Shown piece by piece: positions 12,519 through 20,000 of a stretch of 20,000 nucleotides of DNA. This DNA comes from Trichoplax sp. H2 (Eukaryota): positions 177,689 to 197,688 of the forward strand of contig NOWV01000141.1 of NCBI GenBank assembly GCA_003344405.1, given 5' to 3'. The position numbers were made by a program, and so were the translations under genes. How positions within the stretch are numbered: position 1 is the first letter of the stretch; every line of letters starts with the position of its first letter. The notes under the pieces are model-generated. The model was not told the DNA's origin. It did not search any database and saw only the letters and a program-made list of their open reading frames with translations.

Positions 12519-13474
12519 GGACTCTGGTATTCTTTTAAAGTCAAGGGTATAGTATTGTTTTGAGTATTTCAATTAACTGGGCTGAGTCATAAATGTCCCC
12601 TCGATAATAGAAAATAAGGCAAATTTACTTCAGTGCTATTGTTATAATAAATTTTCATTACATCTTATCTATAAACAACAATCCGAATCTGTAGTAGAAT
12701 ATGGCATTATTAACAGTAATTCACTAATTTAAAAGTAATCTAAACATCCACTTGTAAATAAGGACAGCTAACTTATCTGTTATTATTTAGCATGATAAGA
12801 ATTCATCAGTTTGGTTACTATAAATAATAAGTTAAAAATTGTTAGTCTTGAAGTCATTAAAAAGGATAAAATACATATCAGTTGACGCGGAGTAGATGAT
12901 TATAAGCTTAAATTGCTACGGCTGTTATAGGATAATAACTAAAAGATACAAAGGTTATTATTGAATGGAACGAAGAGGCATCTATCTCATAATACATAGC
13001 TGGACTTAATAACGGATGATAATTAAAAGTGATAATCGTCTCTTCTTTTTTTAGTCTTCATAACTAGAGTTGGAATCATAACTAAATTCCTTCGTTTTAA
13101 CTTTGATCACAATAATCAATTGAAGAAGAGAAAGTTAGATAAAAGACTTGGAAATTACACAATTTCTGATTATCTATGTAAGCCTATTATTTTATTATAA
13201 CGCGGTTTGAATCATCATTTTGCCTTCATAAATATTAGTATTTAAAATATGAATTCTATAGCATTCATACTTAGATACATTATAATTGCAACTTTCGGTA
13301 CGGAAATAATTTTCTTGCCCTATAGTTTCCATACAGTACTGTATCAGTCGGCACCCTTTTTTAAAATCCCAAATAGATAAAATGTAATAATTGATGTATT
13401 CATATAATAAAATAATTTCTGAAAGGTAGTATACGCTTTTAAAATAATTTAGATTATTCCATTACTTTATATCA

Positions 13475-13893
13475 CTAGCCATCTAGTAGATAAAGTTATC
13501 ACGAAACAGGGTATTTCTTTTATTAACTTTTAGTGCTATCCAGTAATGCATAAATGGCTCTGTACAACTACAACTATGATAATATCTAGAACTGCCTTCA
13601 TGGCGCTAGCCATCCTAAGGCTCAACATTATATCGAGAACATAAAGTCATCACGATATACGGTATAGCTTTTTATTAACTTTTACTTCTATCTAGTAATG
13701 CGTAAATGACTCTGTATAAAACTATAACTATAATAATAACTAGAACTGACTTCATAGCGCTAGCCATCAAGATATCAAGGAGATAAAGTTATAACAATGA
13801 AGGAAATTTTCTTTTATCAACCATTGCTTCTGTCCAATAATACATAAATGATTCTGCATAAAACTATAAATAAGGCAATAATTAGAACTGCTC
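13475..13893. repeat. Diverged tandem repeat, 3 units of about 131-154 bp
   Basis: ctagccatc at 13475, 13606 and 13760; tagaactg at 13587, 13741 and 13883. Shared ataaagt(t/c)at, ttttat(t/c)aac and taaatg..tctg blocks. Confidence 0.9.
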
Positions 13894-16361
13894 TGTAATC
13901 TCGAACAAGATTAAAACTGAAAGCAGCATCTTCAGAAAATTTTATTTTTTTACTTTATATTGTTATAGTAAAAAGATGAATTCGTTTATCAACTGTAATT
14001 GGCCTTTACTATCCAAGATTTATTGTAATCTTAATTAAATCCATGATTAAGCCCGGCGAACATATGTTATTTTACTATAGAAGTAAGTTTAAATGTTTAT
14101 TTTCTGGTTGTAATGCTGATAATTATGGGAAATGTTACTGCATATCAGTTTAGATTTTTTTCAACAGTTCTATTTTTGTGCTAGTAATTGCTACTGCGCA
14201 ATCAATACCGCAAGTTTGTCATTAAAAATTTAGACTGCAATCCTGTACTTTAAGATAATTTCACCTCTCCTCTCTCCTAGAAAATTTGCAGAGATCTCAA
14301 GCTGATAAAGTTTTTAAAATAATACAATTTCTTTACAGAAAGAATGATTTAATGCATCCATTTCAGATCCTTTTCTACAGCCAGGTCCTAAAAGTTAATT
14401 AAAATTGCATCGATTTGTCCTATAAAAGTTTTTGATTGAACTTCAAGACTAGTTTACTGTACTATATCTAGAACGTATGATATCTTGAAAATAAATTTTA
14501 CTATTGAAATAAGGCTATTCCTTTATATAGGATAGAGGTCAAAGGCTTTAAAAACATGCACCACCATGTTCATGCAAGAAAAATAATTAAACATCCACGC
14601 TGTAATTAAGATAAGATAAATAATGCCTTTGAAAATTTCCGAAACCAATCTTTGTCCATAGATATCACAGAAAAAGACATTTACTCTTCATAGTCATTTA
14701 TTCTTAAATTGACTATTCCAACAATGCGCTAAAATTGTTTTTAGCTTTATCTATTGTGTAAAGACTTTTACAACTTCAATTAGGTACCCAAATTAAGATC
14801 TACAAATATTCCAGTATTAATGTATACTAAGAGCAGAATTTAAATAATTAAAACCAGTGGAATATTTACGCCTACTAAAGAATGTCAACGCAATTATTAT
14901 CAACATCTATTTAAACAGAAAATATAACTGGAGGCAAACTTATAATTGTAGTAAACGTGATGGCTGTACGGAATAGTATCGAAAAGCGATTCACTTCTAT
15001 TCCGTAAAGTATTTGCCACTTTTAATTTTCTAAACGGGCTATTTCACATATAGTTAACTTAATTGAAAGCAAACAAGTGCCAATTAGTTGGCAGTAGAAA
15101 TCTTAATCGATGTAGTTTACAGCTAGTTTATAACTTTTTACATTATATTTTATTAGAAAATCTGTAACAATTTTCAAAACGGCTTCAAAACCTTGATGAA
15201 ACACAGCCCTTTAAGTAAATAAACCACCAACTAAACATAAATAGAACTCGAAGGATACATCAGAGTATATGGTTGAATCAAATTTATCCTATTAAACGAA
15301 TATGTCGTCCTTCTATTTCATAATTTATGAATATTAATTAAACTTCGATAGGAGCTCCTGTTTAATGATGTAAGATTTCTCTGTTAGAAAAAAAACTATC
15401 ATAATCAATTAAAAGGTATCTTCTTGACTCGTCACGGATATTACTAGATTGAACGCTACGTTACTTACCATTACATATTTCCCAGATTTGGCATCGCTCA
15501 TTTATAGTCACAATAAGAATTAGAAATGATTCGCCGATTTAAAATTTATTTTATTGATGACCAGTGAACAGTTAAAACAGTTCACATATTCGTAGTTCCA
15601 TCATTGAAGGTGCTATAATTAAATTTAGATATCCTTTTGCTATTCATGTATGCATCGATTAAAAAACGAGGAAACAATTTTTTATCATACAGATATTCAT
15701 GAAATGAACGGGATATGAAAATTTAGATTTTTCTGGACTACTTTTGCTCTACTAGCTTAAAATAATAATAATGATATTGGTCCATATTTACTCTATGTAG
15801 TAATTTATCCTGTTTTAAATCAAGTAGCCTTTAATAATTATTCTATTTATTCATTCAGGGAGAGAAATTATTACGCCTAAATGCAAACCACATTATACTT
15901 GGTTTAGTGAATCTACTAAGGCACCATAACACGGATAGTATATTTCCTTTATTATGGATAATGACAAATAATAAAATTTGCACGTATCCAAAGAAATTCG
16001 ATACCAAATTTTCTATAATGATGACTTATATCATATAATGATGCATCCCATTGCGGATATCTAACCAGCTTCTGTATAAGGCTTAAGAAATAAGCTAGAA
16101 ATAAGCTACAAGTCAAGCAGACATTAAAGTTAGTTGTACCATTTTATTGAGCTAATCACTTAATGCTTTAATAAGATTTCCACGTTGGGTATCCAATATT
16201 TAAAGGGTATCAATCCTAGCAGTTGTTTCGACGCAAGAAGCGCTAAATTGATCTAATTTCATATCGATATGCATTAGTTTAAAAATTTTAGCTCTGGAAG
16301 GCCATCTAAGAGAGGATTTTAGCAATTTATGTAAAACGAATCTTTAAATTAATAATACATG

Positions 16362-17243
16362 CTATTGCGACATCGTATCGCAACGTCTCAATATGATTAA
16401 TTGGTCGGGTGTTATTAAAGACTGCCGACATAGAATGCGACTTAAGCGAGATCGTTTCTTTCAGAGCCGGAATATGCCTGTTACTTCTTGACGATTTTTT
16501 GGTGTAAAGTAGCAATACAATAATGAATTAATAGCATGATTAGAAAAGGCAATATATTGAGTTATTCTTAGCACATTCAAGTGAAATGCTCTTTTAAGTT
16601 TCAGCTGCAAAATGAGAAATTTGAGTACAAATGGCAGCCAAAATAGAGCAAATACGCCAATAAATATTAACATGTTGGTCAATGCACGTCCATTTCTAGC
16701 ATGATTTTTAATAATACAACGATGATTATTGATCATACATCGATGCCGAAAATGCTTATGCCTTATGTGTAACGTAACTAAAATACCAGAGTGTGCTGAT
16801 ATTATTATAGCAACCTTTATAAAAAAGAGCAGCATAAAGAAAAGTAGATAGAAAATCTTATTGGAAGGATTATCTCGGACAATATAATTGCAATTTTCTG
16901 GATCGATGCGACTATAAGTCATCAAAGGTATATAGGGTGTAATTAATGTTCCAATCCAATTAACGGAAAGTGCTATGCAAATTAGTTTTTTACTACAATA
17001 TGCATGGTGGCGCAGTGGGTGCACAATAAACATATATCGATCGATCGCAATCATCCAGACGTGAAAATTTATATTCAATACCAGGGATTGCCCGAGTGCA
17101 GGCAGAACATGACATAAGATAGTATTTTGATAGAAATAAGATAGACTCCGACGAGGTAAAATGTTCGCTATGGCAAAGACGATACTGGCGATACTAATCA
17201 ATATTGGTTTTGAAGCAACATTGAGATGGCCCTTCCTTAGCAA
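16362..17243 (-). pseudogene. Degenerate paralogue of GPCR-2 (GPCR-3), TM2-TM7 plus read-through C-tail; probable pseudogene
   Basis: About 158/262 aa identical to GPCR-2 by hand alignment. The ORF begins at TTG (17241-17243) with an in-frame TAA at 17268-17270 and no ATG before TM3; N-terminus and TM1 are absent. There is a 6-nt deletion in TM2, P5.50->K, Y5.58->H and NPxxY->NSxxY. TGA at 16461-16463 sits where GPCR-2 has TGT (Cys), and homology continues in frame to TAG at 16362-16364. Confidence 0.8.
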
Positions 17244-17654
17244 TTGTGATATACACTGATCACGAAATTACAAACTTTAGAAAAATAAGGGCTTTATTGA
17301 ATCTTATACAAAGATTAACTACACACAGCTCTACTCTAGCCGAATACTACTACTAAAGACTTCCAGAACGAACTAACAGAATAATCTAAAGTTGCAGGCT
17401 TTTATACTTTTCGTAGCATTCGCGGCTACAATCCGCACGGCAACCTTTTGCCTTATTTTACACATAGTTAAATTATTCTTAGTATATAATACGTTGTAAA
17501 ATAATGAAGAAGAAAAGATGGCGACATGATGATTTAGCAGGGTGAAACTTAAAGACATTATCACTTTATAGGTATTTTCTATAGTAAAATAATACTAGTT
17601 ACATACTAAAAGCTATAAAGGACTCTACTTTTAGTCATTTACAGCAATACTGTT

Positions 17655-18625
17655 ATCACCCAGTTACTTGAGCAGATCTTGCTCCTCTAATTTTATTATC
17701 TATAATTAAAATAAAGTCCACTTTTATCTTGCTTAAGCTTGACTTGTTATCCAATCTGAAATCCGTCATGATGTTTTAATTAAAAGATATCTATATTATT
17801 ACCTGATACGGATACATTTATCCTACGATGCTGGTAACTTCATCGACTATATCTTATTTTTGGCTACCTCTAAACCAGACATATAAGCAGTAGCAACATC
17901 AATTTTATCATTACTTCACATTTTGCATTTATTATACTCATAAATTATGATAATCTAATTAATAGATACCTAAAGTATTACTTGATAAAGATCACTATAG
18001 TTCTATTACAAAGCGGATTATCTCATCGACTGTCATATCTTATTTTTATAAATGTATTATTTAAGGCATTTTACTCTTTTCATCCAGTAAAATATGAGCA
18101 GACTTTGCCTCTCTAATTATTTATAATTGGGAAAAAATCCCTTTTCCTCTTTTTAAGCGTAATATGCAACTTGATCTAAAATTCATTACAATATTTTAAT
18201 TGATATATATATAGTATTACCTGATAAAGATTACTATAGTTTGATTACAAATACAAATATCTTCATCTATCACTATTTCATATTTTTAGCAAAATATATT
18301 ATTTGATACATTTTACTATTCTCATCTGCTATTCTCATTCAATTACATGTGCAGACCTTGCTCCGCTAATTACTTATAATTGGTACAAAGCCCACTTTTG
18401 ATTCTTTCAAGTGTGATTGCTGTTTAATCTGAAATCAGCAATGATACTTTAATTAATAGATATCAGTAGTTTTGCTTGATAAAAATTAATATGGTTCCGT
18501 TGCAATACGGATAGCTTCACCTCCTACATCTTATATTAAGCTACTTCTAACCCAGACGCATATGTGGTAGAAACATCAATTTTATCATTACTGCGTATTG
18601 TTCGTTTGATCATATTTTAAATTAG
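17655..18625. repeat. Composite (modular) diverged tandem repeat, about 1 kb
   Basis: Module A (gcaga..ttgc....ctaatt) at 17672, 18098 and 18351. Module B (attac(c/t)tgata) at 17798, 17977, 18216 and degenerate at about 18471. Module C (aacatcaattttatcattact, 21-nt exact) at 17895 and 18572. Confidence 0.88.
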
Positions 18626-19111
18626 GTTATGTCACGTTCTGTAATAGTTACATAATTAGTATGTTACCTTCTTTCTATATATGGTTAAACATCACGATGT
18701 TATCACGTCATGCGTATATAGATGTAGTTATGATACTATATTAAGGTTATCTATATATGTATTCTCATGTTGCCATACTTGGTATGATATTCTATTTGTA
18801 ATGTCTAAACTAGGGATACCTTTCTGTTAGTGATAATCTTGTGATCTACGTCAGTAGATCAAAGGTCACAATAAAGAAAGTATATAAACTCTGTAATTTG
18901 ACAATAAAGTTAGTTCTTCAACTTAATTACTGGATCTCCTTGCTGAGTGCAGATCTAGTGCTTGTTACAAAATTTGGAAGTAATTATGCATCGAAAATTA
19001 GGTCAGGTTGTAATTATTAATAATGACGTGTGTAGCATTTATAATAATTATAATCTCATTTCCCCTCAAAAAGCCACTATAATGAACTCCAAACCATTTC
19101 AAACTATTTAC

Positions 19112-19131
19112 NNNNNNNNNNNNNNNNNNNN
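19112..19131. other. Assembly gap (20 N)
   Basis: Run of exactly 20 N. Confidence 0.99.
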
Positions 19132-19149
19132 TGAAGCGCGCAAGAGCGA

Positions 19150-19410
19150 AAGCTAATACTACTATACTGACTTTTAATCGATTGGAAAGAAAACCATCAC
19201 GTCGCACATATCTGAAATCTGCCATATATGTTACTATATTGTAGTTAGAATAACACTAACGAGTTAATACTACCGTACTATATTAAATTTCAATCGATTG
19301 AAATTGGAAATCATAATATTGAAAATATTGAAAATCGATCATCTAGTTTGATACATTCCTAACATCATAACGCTAAAGAATTAGCACTACTATCGTTGTT
19401 GATTTAGCTC
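19150..19410. repeat. Diverged tandem repeat, about 2.3 units, 116-117-bp period, in a small contig between two gaps
   Basis: aatcgattg at 19176 and 19292; ataacactaacgagttaatactac at 19250 vs ataacgctaaagaattagcactac at 19367. Confidence 0.75.
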
Positions 19411-19440
19411 AATTATACAATCAACTCAAATAATTAGTGC

Positions 19441-19460
19441 NNNNNNNNNNNNNNNNNNNN
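19441..19460. other. Assembly gap (20 N)
   Basis: Run of exactly 20 N. The identical length suggests a placeholder for a gap of unknown size. Confidence 0.99.
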
Positions 19461-20000
19461 TTACTTCCATAAATTACATTATTGAGATTCGGATGTACAG
19501 CTACGGCTTTTCACTATCTTCGTAAATTTTAAGTTGCAGATAACAAGGCGAATCGAACTATACAACTCGAATATTAAGGTTACTTTTTAATATCCGAGTT
19601 GCATAGTTCGATGCAAATACATGCTGAAAATAAAATGTATAAGAAATATACGACGTTGGCATTAGTAGACATTCTATCCAGCCATTATTGACGATGAGCC
19701 CAAAACTCTACCACAGTTGGCATTCTAAGGGTTTCAAAACTGTACTTCAAGTTATAATAAAAAGTAATTATACTTGCATGCTTATAAAAATGAATCTGCA
19801 ATCAATTGATTGCTTAAAGGATAATACATATGGAAGGTAAGTTAAAAGTTCTTACAATATATTAGATTAAAAGTGATCTATACTAGTTCAAAGTAGGCAT
19901 TCTTTAACTACGAGGAAAATATGCAGATTATGCTCCTTATTTCTTTGGTAGTCCAATAAACAAAACCATCATAATCGTATTCTCGAAAACAATACCTTGT

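Noticed and set aside
13475..13893. Repeat-with-variable-spacer pattern as a CRISPR-like array
   Set aside because: Repeats are ~120 bp and diverged, inserts are short and irregular, there are no cas genes, and the context is eukaryotic.
16086..16107. agaaataagct x2 micro-duplication
   Set aside because: Trivial 11-bp slippage duplication with no further structure.
16327..16515. 62-aa ORF as a frameshifted GPCR-3 tail
   Set aside because: The homologous tail is in the main GPCR-3 frame after the TGA, not in this frame.
17373..17564. 63-aa ORF as the missing N-terminus/TM1 of GPCR-3
   Set aside because: No similarity to GPCR-2 residues 1-50 and no convincing TM1.
18962..19225. Two ORFs spanning the N gap
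   Set aside because: Artefacts of translating across a placeholder gap.
19580..19672. Short - strand frame MSTNANVVYFLYILF resembling TM1 (ITNAGLLFILL)
   Set aside because: Only a 3-residue match, with no supporting upstream similarity; likely chance in AT-rich DNA.

Overview
AT-rich eukaryotic (animal) genomic window with no prokaryotic features. It carries a small cluster of one lineage-specific family of class A (rhodopsin-like) GPCRs with uninterrupted reading frames. GPCR-1 is the TM6-TM7/C-tail end of a gene running in from the left edge on +. GPCR-2 is an intact 350-aa receptor on -. GPCR-3 is a paralogue about 60% identical to GPCR-2 (hand count), 5.8 kb away on -, lacking TM1 and an ATG, with a premature TGA and several broken activation motifs, so probably a pseudogene. 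The family is unusual in having lost the allosteric Na+ pocket residues, and both intact C-tails end in class I PDZ ligands. From about 7.9 kb onwards the non-coding DNA holds at least six apparently unrelated, diverged short tandem duplications (periods about 116-250 bp). There are two 20-N assembly gaps. Composition and GPCR style suggest a placozoan (Trichoplax-like) or other early-branching animal, which is inference only. I found no evidence of a CRISPR, RNA gene, autonomous transposon or clearly new biological system.
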